Shown here one piece after another: positions 28,540 to 37,635 of a DNA stretch of 64,000 nt. This DNA is from Candidatus Aminicenantales bacterium (lineage in GTDB: Bacteria; Acidobacteriota; Aminicenantia; Aminicenantales; Saccharicenantaceae): assembly GCA_050015275.1 (NCBI GenBank), contig JBEKBS010000010.1, positions 65,285 through 129,284 on the forward strand. Direction: 5' to 3'. The position numbers and the translations under genes are program-made. The notes under the pieces are model-generated. The model made no database searches and had not been told where the DNA came from. It saw nothing but the letters and a program-made list of their open reading frames with translations. Numbering within the stretch: position 1 is the first letter of the stretch; each line of letters begins with the position of its first letter.

Positions 28540-28776
28540 AAGTCATCTTTTATAAAAAATGGCGCAGGGTCGATGCCCGGAGGAGGCGTTGCAGGGTTGG
28601 GCGGGCAGGGACCCTCGCCCAAGGGGCGAGGGGGGCGAAGCCCGGGACCGAAGCGCCCCGGCTCGCTGGGACGGGGCGCGACCCGAGCCCAGAATTCAAT
28701 TTGGTTTTTTCAGATTGGCGCCCGGGCGGTTTTTCCGCTAAAATGGTTCCTTCTGACTTTCTGAACGGAGGGCCGC

Positions 28777-29853
28777 ATGCATCGAATTCCCTGCCGGCGC
28801 GTGGCCGCCGGCGTCATCGTTTTCATGGCCGCGGCTTTCGTCGCATCCGCGGCGGCCGGCCTCTCGCTGAAGGAGATCCTCGTCAGGAACGTCCAAGCCT
28901 CGGGCGGAAAAGCCAGGATCGGCCAGGTCAAGAACCTGTCCTTCAAGACGGGCGTCGCCCGCAACATCGTCTCTGCCGCGGGAGAGCTCAAAGTCCTCAC
29001 CGGGAAAGACCCGGTCGTCACCGAGGTCGTCCTCGTGAATGGGGACAAGGTCCGGCGGAATTCGCTCAACGTGATCAGCGATGTCCCGGAGCCTGAGAGA
29101 ACCGTTTACCGGACTCTGGCCAAACTCTACGCCGGCGTCTTTTCCCTGGCGAAGTTCGAGGGTCAGCTCAAGCTCGAGGGCCTGAAGAGCTTCGGGGCAG
29201 CGAAGCTCTATCACCTGAGGCCCAAGGTCGAAGGCGGGACCGTCGGAGTCCATTTTTACCTGGATGCCGACGACTTCCGCTTGAAGAGGCTCGTCTTCCA
29301 GGGGGCGACGCCGGAAGGAGACAAGTACGAGGTCAACTACGATTTCGCTCCGTTCGAGGAGGCCGAAGGGCTCAGCCTCCCGCTCTCCTGGTTTGTCTCC
29401 CAGGTCGGAACCCGGGGGAACGTGACCGGGGTCACTGAGCTCAAGGCAAATCTGCCTCTGGCCAGGGATTTCTTCACGAAGACCGAGATCAACGCGGGGA
29501 GAACCGAATCCGCACCGGGCGAGATGAAAGGGAACGTCCTTGAGTTCAATTCTTCCCCCTTCGGCTTGTCCATCGCGACCAACTGGACGAAAAAGGACGT
29601 CGATAACGCCGGGTTCCGGACGGGCGACAAGCTGATTCTGCTCCTCGAGGGGGACGAGTCCGAGATCGCGTTCTACGCCCTGGCCAACGAGGTCCCGCCC
29701 CCGGACGAGCTGGCCAAGGGCGCGCGGCTTCTGGCGCCCATGCCCCGGGGCGGCGAGGGCTTCGCCGTCCAGATCATCGGCGGAGGGCCCGCCTCGCTCC
29801 TGGGAAAGCTCAAACCCCTGGCCATCATTTCCGTCAAGAAAAAGGCGAGTTGA
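28777..29853 (+). CDS. Secreted hypothetical protein
   Basis: Signal peptide (VIVFMAAAFVASAAAG), 358 aa, and no motif I can assign. The ATG follows a GAACGGAGGGCCGC ribosome-binding region. Confidence 0.6.
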   Translation: MHRIPCRRVAAGVIVFMAAAFVASAAAGLSLKEILVRNVQASGGKARIGQVKNLSFKTGVARNIVSAAGELKVLTGKDPVVTEVVLVNGDKVRRNSLNVISDVPEPERTVYRTLAKLYAGVFSLAKFEGQLKLEGLKSFGAAKLYHLRPKVEGGTVGVHFYLDADDFRLKRLVFQGATPEGDKYEVNYDFAPFEEAEGLSLPLSWFVSQVGTRGNVTGVTELKANLPLARDFFTKTEINAGRTESAPGEMKGNVLEFNSSPFGLSIATNWTKKDVDNAGFRTGDKLILLLEGDESEIAFYALANEVPPPDELAKGARLLAPMPRGGEGFAVQIIGGGPASLLGKLKPLAIISVKKKAS

Positions 29854-29866
29854 AGGAGAACTTCAC

Positions 29867-31054
29867 ATGTCAGGTTTGAAAAGAAGGCAGTTCATCACCT
29901 CGATCGCGTCCGGCGCCGTGGGCCTGGGTTTCGTCGGGAAGCTCAAGGCGGGGACGCCGGGCGGCGTTCCCGGCCAAAAGGAAGCCGCGTCCCCCCGGAT
30001 CAAGAAGTATAACGACCTCGGGAAGACGGGCCTCAAGGTCCCGGACGTCAGTTGCGGCGCCATCTCCCTGTTCGAGCCCAACGTCCTCCGCTACGCCTAT
30101 GAGTGCGGTGTGACGTATTTTGACACGGCTGAAAGCTACCTCAGGATGAAGGGCGAGGCCTATGTCGGCCAGGGGCTCAAGGGTGTGCGCGACAAGGTCA
30201 TCATCACGACCAAGCACGGCATGAACCCCGGCCAGAAGATCGAGAAGGCGTCCATCATCAAGAGGATGGAGGAGAGCCTCAAGCGCCTCCAATCCGATTA
30301 TGTCGACGTGGCCATGGTCCACAATATCGGGGATCTCACCCCTCTCCTCAACAACCAGGAGGTCCTCGGCGCCTATGACCAGCTGAAAAAAGACGGCAAG
30401 GTCAGGTTCACCGGTTTTTCGACCCACAACGCCAGGGTCACTTTGAAACAGGCCCTGCAGACCGATTTCCCCCAGGTCGTCCTGGTCATGTACAACCACA
30501 TGGAGGGCAAGGAGATCGAGCCCCTGGTCAGGGCCGTCCGGGCCAAGGGCATCGGCACCGTGGCCATGAAGATCTTCGCCGGCGGCCAGCAGGGGAACCT
30601 GAAGGGCCTGGTCAACCCGGGGACGAGTTACCCCCAGGCCGCCATCCGCTGGGTCATGAGCAACCCCGATTTCGACACCTGCATCCCGACCATGAGCAGC
30701 TATTCCCACGTCGAGGAATATGTCGCCGCTTCCGGCCAGCCCCTCGACCGGGCGGCGCTGGGCCTGATCGCCCGTTACCAAAGACAGGTCCACGGCACGT
30801 ACTGCCGCGTGAGTTGCACCGAGTGCCTGTCCGCCTGCCCGAGGAATGTCGCCGTGAACGATGTCCTCCGCTATGCGATGTACTACGAGAATTACGGGAT
30901 GGAAAAGCAGGCCATGGATTATTACGCGGAACTCGCGTCCCCGAGTAAGCCTCTCGGGTGCGAGAGCTGCCCTGGGCCCTGCGAAAGCGCCTGCCCCTAC
31001 GGTTTGAAGGTCAGGACCCGGCTCCTCCACTCGCACGAGATCCTGAGCGCCTAA
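29867..31054 (+). CDS. Tat-exported aldo/keto reductase with C-terminal [4Fe-4S]-type cysteine cluster
   Basis: Tat signal KRRQFITSIASGAVGLGFVG, an AKR (TIM-barrel) core, and a C-terminal CxxCxxxCP ... CxxCxxxCP ferredoxin-like motif pair. Confidence 0.75.
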   Translation: MSGLKRRQFITSIASGAVGLGFVGKLKAGTPGGVPGQKEAASPRIKKYNDLGKTGLKVPDVSCGAISLFEPNVLRYAYECGVTYFDTAESYLRMKGEAYVGQGLKGVRDKVIITTKHGMNPGQKIEKASIIKRMEESLKRLQSDYVDVAMVHNIGDLTPLLNNQEVLGAYDQLKKDGKVRFTGFSTHNARVTLKQALQTDFPQVVLVMYNHMEGKEIEPLVRAVRAKGIGTVAMKIFAGGQQGNLKGLVNPGTSYPQAAIRWVMSNPDFDTCIPTMSSYSHVEEYVAASGQPLDRAALGLIARYQRQVHGTYCRVSCTECLSACPRNVAVNDVLRYAMYYENYGMEKQAMDYYAELASPSKPLGCESCPGPCESACPYGLKVRTRLLHSHEILSA

Positions 31055-31403
31055 GCCCGTTCATCGCTTCAGCGAACGTCTTCCTCGAAGCCGAGGCCTC
31101 TATCTAGCTCGCAGCGTCAGCCCGGGCCCTGAATCATAATCTTCTGGGGGACTTGACGTACGGCCTCGGCTGTCATTACGTCGTGCTTCTTATCTCAGGC
31201 GATGACCAGGGCCTCTTTGGCCTAATGTAATGGACGTGGAAAGGTAAGGGGTGCCCGCCATCGGCTTCGTTCCAAAGGGGCGCCAGATCCGTCAAGAAAA
31301 TAGATGAACCCACGGACCTGTTTCTCGTATAATAAAGGGACACCCTGGGAGCTTTTATCCACCACGAGCCGAGAGCCTATATTTCGACGATACGAGGGAG
31401 GCC

Positions 31404-32810
31404 ATGCTTAGAGACATCATCAAAAAAGAGATCCTGGACAACATCACCAGTCCGAAATTCGTGTTCACCTTCCTTCTCTGCGCCGTCCTCATCCTTCTCT
31501 CAGTCTATACCGGAGTCGCGAACTATGGGGCAGAGAAGAAGGAGTTCACGGCGGCGGTGGCCTTGGACAAAAAGAACATGGAGAACCAGCCGAACTACTC
31601 ATCGCTCGCGGGAATCGGCATCAAGGTCAACAAGCCTCCCCAGGTCCTGGGGACTGTCGTCAACGGCATCGAAGAAGCCGTGGGCCGGGTTGCGCCGGTC
31701 AACATCGCCTCCGATCCCAACCTGGTCGACTCCAAGTACGGCAGCAATCCTGTCTTCGCCGTCTTCGGCGCCCTGGACCTGATGTTCATCGTCAAGATCG
31801 TCCTGAGTCTCTTCGCCATCCTCTTCACCTACGACACGATCGTGGGGGAGAAGGAGAAAGGAACGCTGAAGCTGGCCCTTTCGAATGACGTCCCCCGGGA
31901 CCGGCTGATCCTGGGCAAGGCCATCGGCGGCTATATCAGCCTGCTCATTCCCCTGCTCATCCCCCTCGTCCTGAGCCTCATCATCCTGGTCGTCGCCCCC
32001 AACCTCGCCCTGAACGGCGGGGATTGGGCCCGGCTCTTTCTCATCTTCCTCATGTTCTTCCTCTACCTCTCGGTCTTCTTCAGCCTGGGCCTGTTCATCT
32101 CAGCCCGGACCAGCCGTTCCTCGACGAGCTTTCTCGTTCTGCTCTTCATCTGGGTCGTGTTTGTCATGGTGATCCCCAAAGTGGCGGTCATCACGGCCAG
32201 CCAGATCAAGCCCATCCCTTCGGTCCATGAGATCACGGCCAAGAAGGACGCGTTCCTGCAGCAAGTCCAGGTGGAAGGCCAGAAAGGCGTCCAGGACTGG
32301 GCCCGGAAGAACGCGGCCGACGCGGCCAAGGATGTCAAAGCGTACCAGGAAAAATTCCGCCAATTCATCCAGGACTACCAGCAGGAGCTGACCTCAAAGA
32401 TCGACGAAAACAACGCGGCCCTGGAGCGGGATTACCAGCAGAGAATGAAGGCCCAACAGACGCTGGCCGTCAACCTGTCCCGGGTCTCGCCGGCCTCGGC
32501 CCTGACCTTCGGCTCGATGACGCTGGCCCGGACGGGGATCGACGCCTATGACCGGTTCCTGGCCTCGGTCCGGTCCTACAAACCGATCTACACGAAGTGG
32601 TTGAATTCGAAGCTGGGACAGAGCATCAATTTCCAGACGGGGGAACAGGCCAAGATCAAGCTCGATGACATGCCCCAGCACTCGCTCGCACCGGAAAGCC
32701 TGGGCAAATCGCTCGCCCGGACCCTGCCGGATTTCAGCCTGATGATCGTCATGATCATCGTCTTTTTCGTCGGCGCCTACGTGTCGTTCCTCCGTTACGA
32801 CGTCCGCTGA
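31404..32810 (+). CDS. ABC-2 family transporter permease
   Basis: 468 aa with an N-terminal transmembrane helix, a large extracytoplasmic domain and five or six C-terminal transmembrane helices. Confidence 0.7.
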   Translation: MLRDIIKKEILDNITSPKFVFTFLLCAVLILLSVYTGVANYGAEKKEFTAAVALDKKNMENQPNYSSLAGIGIKVNKPPQVLGTVVNGIEEAVGRVAPVNIASDPNLVDSKYGSNPVFAVFGALDLMFIVKIVLSLFAILFTYDTIVGEKEKGTLKLALSNDVPRDRLILGKAIGGYISLLIPLLIPLVLSLIILVVAPNLALNGGDWARLFLIFLMFFLYLSVFFSLGLFISARTSRSSTSFLVLLFIWVVFVMVIPKVAVITASQIKPIPSVHEITAKKDAFLQQVQVEGQKGVQDWARKNAADAAKDVKAYQEKFRQFIQDYQQELTSKIDENNAALERDYQQRMKAQQTLAVNLSRVSPASALTFGSMTLARTGIDAYDRFLASVRSYKPIYTKWLNSKLGQSINFQTGEQAKIKLDDMPQHSLAPESLGKSLARTLPDFSLMIVMIIVFFVGAYVSFLRYDVR

Positions 32811-32815
32811 GGAGT

Positions 32816-33559
32816 GTGACCATGCTCGAAGCCATCAACCTGACAAAACGCTACGAGGACGGGCAGCTCGCCCTGGACGCTTTGACCTTCAAGGTCGAGC
32901 CGGGCGAGATCTTCTGCATGTTCGGGGCCAACGGGGCGGGGAAGACGACGACGATCAACCTCTTCCTGAACTTCATCCCTCCGACCTCGGGAACGGCCCT
33001 GATCGAGGGGATCGATGTTGGCAAGGATCCGCTCAAAGCCAAACGGCACGTGTCGTTTGTCTCGGAAAACGTCATGCTGTACGGCAACTTCACGGCGATC
33101 CAGAACCTGGATTATTTCAGCCGTCTAGCCGGGAAGCGGACCCTGACGAAAAAGGATTACGGCGGCGTGCTGAGCCGCGTCGGGCTCCAGAAGGAAGCTT
33201 TCGACAAGCGAATCAAGAATTTCTCGAAGGGCATGCGCCAGAAGCTCGGCATCGCCATCGCCCTGGTCAAGGACGCTCCCAACGTCCTTCTCGACGAGCC
33301 GACGTCGGGCCTCGACCCGCAGTCGGGGCGGGAGTTCCTTGAGATCCTCGTTCAGATGCGCGACCAGGGGAAGTCGGTCTTCATGTCGACCCACGATATC
33401 TTCCGGGCCAAACTCATCGCCGACCGGATCGGATTCATGAGAAAAGGCCAGTTGGTCATGTTGAAGACGGCCAAAGAGCTGGCCAACGAGGACCTGACGG
33501 AGCTCTACATCCAGTACATGGAGGAGCAGCCCGGGCCGACCGCCCCGGCCGCCGTCTAA
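32816..33559 (+). CDS. ABC transporter ATP-binding protein
   Basis: Walker A GANGAGKTT, signature FSKGMRQKLG, Walker B VLLDEPTSGLD. Confidence 0.9.
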   Translation: MTMLEAINLTKRYEDGQLALDALTFKVEPGEIFCMFGANGAGKTTTINLFLNFIPPTSGTALIEGIDVGKDPLKAKRHVSFVSENVMLYGNFTAIQNLDYFSRLAGKRTLTKKDYGGVLSRVGLQKEAFDKRIKNFSKGMRQKLGIAIALVKDAPNVLLDEPTSGLDPQSGREFLEILVQMRDQGKSVFMSTHDIFRAKLIADRIGFMRKGQLVMLKTAKELANEDLTELYIQYMEEQPGPTAPAAV

Positions 33560-33622
33560 GCCGAGGCTCTCAGAGCTGGGCCTTCGGTTTTGCGATCCGG
33601 GCCGGTTGAATTTCAGAAGGAC

Positions 33623-33650
33623 TTGACAAGGTCCGGTTCTCGCCTATAAT
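33623..33650 (+). promoter_or_regulatory. Near-consensus sigma70 promoter (TTGACA-16-TATAAT) for the TetR-efflux operon
   Basis: TTGACA at 33623-33628, TATAAT at 33645-33650. The predicted transcription start, about 33656-33657, coincides with the GTG start of the TetR gene. Confidence 0.6.
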
Positions 33651-33656
33651 AAAACT

Positions 33657-34343
33657 GTGAAAACTAAAAGAGTTCTTAAGGTTTCTAAGGCTGGGACCGT
33701 CGAAGGCCTGCCCCTGCAGGCGAGGATCATCAGCGCAAGCCGCGAGCTTTTCCTCAGCCGGGGCTTCGTCCGGGTCACCGCCGACGAGATCGCCGGCTGC
33801 CTCGGCATCAGCAAGGCCACCCTTTACAAGTCCTTCGCCAGCAAGGAAGAGATCCTCCAGGCCGTGGTGGAAGAAATCACTGGTGAGATCTCGGCCTGCA
33901 TCGACGAGATCCTCGGCGACGGCCGCCTGGGATTCGTCGAGAAGCTGGTCGACCTTTTCACCTATGTCGTCGGCCGGATCTCCCAGTTCGGGCCGCTCTT
34001 TGCCCGTGACATCCAGAAGCGCGCCCCCTGGATATGGAAAGAAATCGAGGACTTCCGGCGGGACAAGATCGAGAAGAATTTGGGGGCGATCTTCAGGGCC
34101 GGGCGGGAGCAGGGTTTTTTCCGGGGCGATGTCCCTATGGAGCTCCTTCTGCGGATGTTCGCTTTCCTCCTCGAGGAGTTTGTCAACCCGACGGCTATCC
34201 TCCGTTCCGGCCGAACGCCTGCCGAGACTTTCGAATCGGTCATCAAGGTCTTTTTCCAGGGGATTCTGACGGATAACGGCCGGCGGGACTTTTCGGCCAG
34301 GACCCCCGCTCTTTTCGAGCCCCGAAAGGAGGGCGCGACATGA
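33657..34343 (+). CDS. TetR/AcrR-family transcriptional regulator, probably leaderless, GTG start
   Basis: N-terminal helix-turn-helix IISASRELFLSRGFVRVTADEIAGCLGISKATLYKSF. It has no in-frame ATG before residue 150 and no Shine-Dalgarno sequence. Confidence 0.8.
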   Translation: MKTKRVLKVSKAGTVEGLPLQARIISASRELFLSRGFVRVTADEIAGCLGISKATLYKSFASKEEILQAVVEEITGEISACIDEILGDGRLGFVEKLVDLFTYVVGRISQFGPLFARDIQKRAPWIWKEIEDFRRDKIEKNLGAIFRAGREQGFFRGDVPMELLLRMFAFLLEEFVNPTAILRSGRTPAETFESVIKVFFQGILTDNGRRDFSARTPALFEPRKEGAT

Positions 34344-35317
34344 AAGCTCAGACAATTTTCCTATGCCTGGCCCTTAGCCCCATCGTCTCCTGTTCGGGGA
34401 ACGGGGCCAAGGGCGTCATCTCCGCCCCGGGAACGATCGAAGCGATCGAAGTCAATGTCGCTTCTAAAGTGGCCGGGCAACTCGAGGAGCGCACCGTCGA
34501 TGAGGGAGCGAGGGTCCGGCCGGGCGACAAGCTGGCCGTGATAGACCACGCGACCCTCGATATCCAGCTCCGCCAGGCCGAAGCCGGGATCGACCTGGCC
34601 CGGGCCGAGCTCGTCCTCCTCAGGAACGGCGCCCGCAAGGAGGATATTCGGCAAGCCGAGGAGGCCCTCAAGCAGGCCGAAGCGTCGCTCTCGGTCGCCG
34701 AGGACGATGCCCGGAGGATGCGGGAACTCGCGAAGTCCGGGAGCGTCACGTCGAAACAGAAAGATGATGCCGAGGCCCGCCTGACGGTTGCCCAGGCCCA
34801 GCGCAGCGCCGCCGCAGAAGTTTTGAAGAAGACCCGGACGCTGGCCCGCCCCGAAGAAATCCAGGCCGCGGAGGCGCGGCTCGGCCAGGCCCAGGCCGCC
34901 GCCGATCTCCTCAGGAAAATGATTGCCGACTGCACGATCACGGCCCCGGTCGGCGGGATCGTAACCCACAAGGCCGTCGAGGCCGGCGAGCTCGTGACCC
35001 AGGGCGCGACCATCGTGACCGTCTCCGAGCTGGATAGCGTTTACGTCATGATCTACGTCACGGAGAAGGATCTGGGCCGCGTCCGTTTGGGGGATGCGGC
35101 TGAGGTCACGATCGATGCCTTTCCGGCCAAGGTGTTTTCCGGGAAAGTCACCTACATCTCGCCCGAGGCCGAGTTCACGCCTAAGAACGTTCAGACCAAA
35201 GAGGACCGAGTCAAGCTCGTTTTCGGCATCAAGGTCGAGATCGAAAACAGGGAAGGGCTGCTCAAGCCCGGGCTTCCGGCCGACGCCACGATCAAGGTCA
35301 GCCTCCCGGCCAAATGA
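34340..35317 (+). CDS. HlyD-family periplasmic adaptor (membrane fusion) lipoprotein, YbhG-like
   Basis: Lipobox LSPIVSC, coiled-coil hairpin and beta-barrel motifs (TVSELDSVYVMIYVTEKDL), and 4-nt overlaps with both neighbouring genes. Confidence 0.85.
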   Translation: MKAQTIFLCLALSPIVSCSGNGAKGVISAPGTIEAIEVNVASKVAGQLEERTVDEGARVRPGDKLAVIDHATLDIQLRQAEAGIDLARAELVLLRNGARKEDIRQAEEALKQAEASLSVAEDDARRMRELAKSGSVTSKQKDDAEARLTVAQAQRSAAAEVLKKTRTLARPEEIQAAEARLGQAQAAADLLRKMIADCTITAPVGGIVTHKAVEAGELVTQGATIVTVSELDSVYVMIYVTEKDLGRVRLGDAAEVTIDAFPAKVFSGKVTYISPEAEFTPKNVQTKEDRVKLVFGIKVEIENREGLLKPGLPADATIKVSLPAK

Positions 35318-36273
35318 CGGGGACGGAAGGCGTCATGACCGCATGGGCCGTCGAAACGCAAGGCCTCGGAAGGACCTTCGGGTCCATTGAGGCTGTCCGC
35401 TCGCTGGACCTGACCGTCCGCGAAGGCGAGATGTTCGGCCTCGTCGGGCCCGACGGCGCCGGCAAGACAACAACGATCCGCATGCTCTGCGGTCTCCTCA
35501 AGCCCTCCGCTGGCCGGGCGACCGTCTTGGGCTACGACCTCGAGAAAGAATCCGACCGGATCAAGAACCAGATCGGGTATTTCTCCCAGAAGTTCAGCCT
35601 TTACGGCGACCTCACTGTCGATGAGAACATCGAGTTCTTCGCGGCGATCCACCTGGTCGGGGATTTCCGCCGGCGCCGCGAGGAACTCCTCGAATTCACC
35701 CGGCTGACGCCCTTCCGGGAGCGTTTGGCCGACAAGCTCTCGGGAGGGATGAGGCAAAAGCTGGCCCTGGCCTGCACCCTCATCCACACGCCCCGCCTTA
35801 TTTTTCTGGATGAGCCCACAACGGGCGTCGATCCCGTTTCGCGCCGCGACTTCTGGAAGATCCTGTCGAGCCTTCTCCGGTCCGGGATCACGATCGTCAT
35901 GACGACCCCTTACATGGACGAAGCCGAGCGTTGCTCACGGGTAGGGCTGCTCAGCGGGGGGAGGCTGCTGGCCGCGGACACGCCCCAGGCCATCAAGTCC
36001 CTGATGCGGGGCACGGTCGTCGAGATCGTCTGCACGGAGATCCGCAGGGCCTTCGCCGTTCTGAAAAGCCTCCCCGAAGTCCTCGAGGTCCAGCTCTTCG
36101 GCGACAGACTGAACGTCGTCGTCGAGGAGCCCGAAAAAGAAATGGCCCTCATCGAGTCCGCTCTTTTGTCAGAGGGCATCCCCGTCGTCCAGAAACGGGT
36201 CCTCCCGCCGTCCCTGGAGAACGTCTTCATCTCCATGACTCAATCCGTCCCAACGGAGGCCGGACATGCCTAA
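35314..36273 (+). CDS. ABC transporter ATP-binding protein (YbhF N-half-like)
   Basis: Walker A GPDGAGKTT, signature LSGGMRQKL, Walker B IFLDEPTTGVD. Confidence 0.9.
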   Translation: MTGTEGVMTAWAVETQGLGRTFGSIEAVRSLDLTVREGEMFGLVGPDGAGKTTTIRMLCGLLKPSAGRATVLGYDLEKESDRIKNQIGYFSQKFSLYGDLTVDENIEFFAAIHLVGDFRRRREELLEFTRLTPFRERLADKLSGGMRQKLALACTLIHTPRLIFLDEPTTGVDPVSRRDFWKILSSLLRSGITIVMTTPYMDEAERCSRVGLLSGGRLLAADTPQAIKSLMRGTVVEIVCTEIRRAFAVLKSLPEVLEVQLFGDRLNVVVEEPEKEMALIESALLSEGIPVVQKRVLPPSLENVFISMTQSVPTEAGHA

Positions 36274-37609
36274 GAAACTGACCTTATTTCTAGCCGTATG
36301 TCTCATCCCGCTCGCGACCTGGGCGCAGAAAAAGCCCCTTTCGCTCGACGAGGCTGTGGCTGCGGGGCTCCAGGCGAGCCCCGGGCTTCATGCCTCTCAG
36401 GAGAGAGTCGAGGCCTCGGCCGCGAAGACCCGCGAAATTGCGGCCGGCCGGCTGCCTTCTCTCAAGTTCGGAGGCGGATACACACGGCTGAGCGAAGTCC
36501 CCCCCTTCGAGGTGACCCTCCCCATCTTTCCCAATCCGATCGTGGTTTCGCAGAACTATTTCAACAACTACGCGCTCCGTCTGGGCATCCAGCAGCCCCT
36601 TTTCACCGGCTTCCGTCTCGAGGCGAGCGCCGCGTCGGCCCGGTTCCTCGAAAAGTCGGCCGGATCGGACCTCGAGAAGGACCGCGCGGAGTTCATTTTC
36701 GCCGTCAAGAACGGCTACTGGGGCCTGACCAGGGCCAGAGAGATTGAGAAGGCCGTCAAGGAGAATGTCAACCAGGTCGCGGAGCACCTCAAGGACGTCC
36801 GCGCCTTTTTCGGCCAGGGCCTTCTCACAAAGAACGAGGTCCTCCGGACCGAGCTCCAGCTTTCGAACACCGAGCTGATGGAGATCGATGCCCGCAATGC
36901 CGTCGAGGTCGCCCAGACCTCGCTCAACAGCCTGATCGGCTGGCCTCTCACGACCGAGCTCGAATTGACCACATCGGCCGAAAGCCTGTCCGCGGCGTTC
37001 CCGGCCGAGGAAAAAGCGGCTGAGGACGCCTCCGCGGCCCAATCCCTGATCCAGACGGCCCTGTCCGGCCGGCCCGAGCTCAAATCGGCCGAGTTCAGGA
37101 TCCGGGCCGCCGAGGCCGGCGTGAAGGCCGCCAAAGCCGGATGGTATCCCCAGATCTTCCTATCGGGGGGTTATGATTACCTCAATCCCAATCCCAGGAT
37201 CATGCCGGCCAGGGACGAATTTTATGGGACCTGGGATATCGGGATATCGCTCTCGTTCGACATCTGGAACTGGGGCCAGACGAAGAGCCAAACCAGTCAA
37301 GCCGAGGCCCAGCTTGCCGAGGCCAGGGACGCTCGGAAACTGCTGAGCGACCAGGCCGTTCTCGAGGTCACCCAGAGCCGGCTGGACGTTGGCCAGGCCC
37401 GGCAAAAAACAGTGGTCGCCGGGCAGGCCGTCGTCCAGGCGGAGGAGAACCTCCGCGTCACCCGGGAGAGTTTCAAGCAGGGTGTCGCCCTGAACACGGA
37501 CGTCCTGGATGCCGAGGTGGCCCTCCTCCAGGCAAGGATCAACCGGACCCAGGCCGCGATCGACGTGGTCCTGGCCCAGGCCAGGCTCCAGAAGGCCTTG
37601 GGCCATTGA
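36266..37609 (+). CDS. TolC-family outer-membrane efflux protein
   Basis: Signal peptide, and two repeats of the OEP (outer-membrane efflux protein) domain. Confidence 0.85.
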   Translation: MPKKLTLFLAVCLIPLATWAQKKPLSLDEAVAAGLQASPGLHASQERVEASAAKTREIAAGRLPSLKFGGGYTRLSEVPPFEVTLPIFPNPIVVSQNYFNNYALRLGIQQPLFTGFRLEASAASARFLEKSAGSDLEKDRAEFIFAVKNGYWGLTRAREIEKAVKENVNQVAEHLKDVRAFFGQGLLTKNEVLRTELQLSNTELMEIDARNAVEVAQTSLNSLIGWPLTTELELTTSAESLSAAFPAEEKAAEDASAAQSLIQTALSGRPELKSAEFRIRAAEAGVKAAKAGWYPQIFLSGGYDYLNPNPRIMPARDEFYGTWDIGISLSFDIWNWGQTKSQTSQAEAQLAEARDARKLLSDQAVLEVTQSRLDVGQARQKTVVAGQAVVQAEENLRVTRESFKQGVALNTDVLDAEVALLQARINRTQAAIDVVLAQARLQKALGH

Positions 37610-37635
37610 GCGGGGATTGAAGGGGAGCGCGCGCC

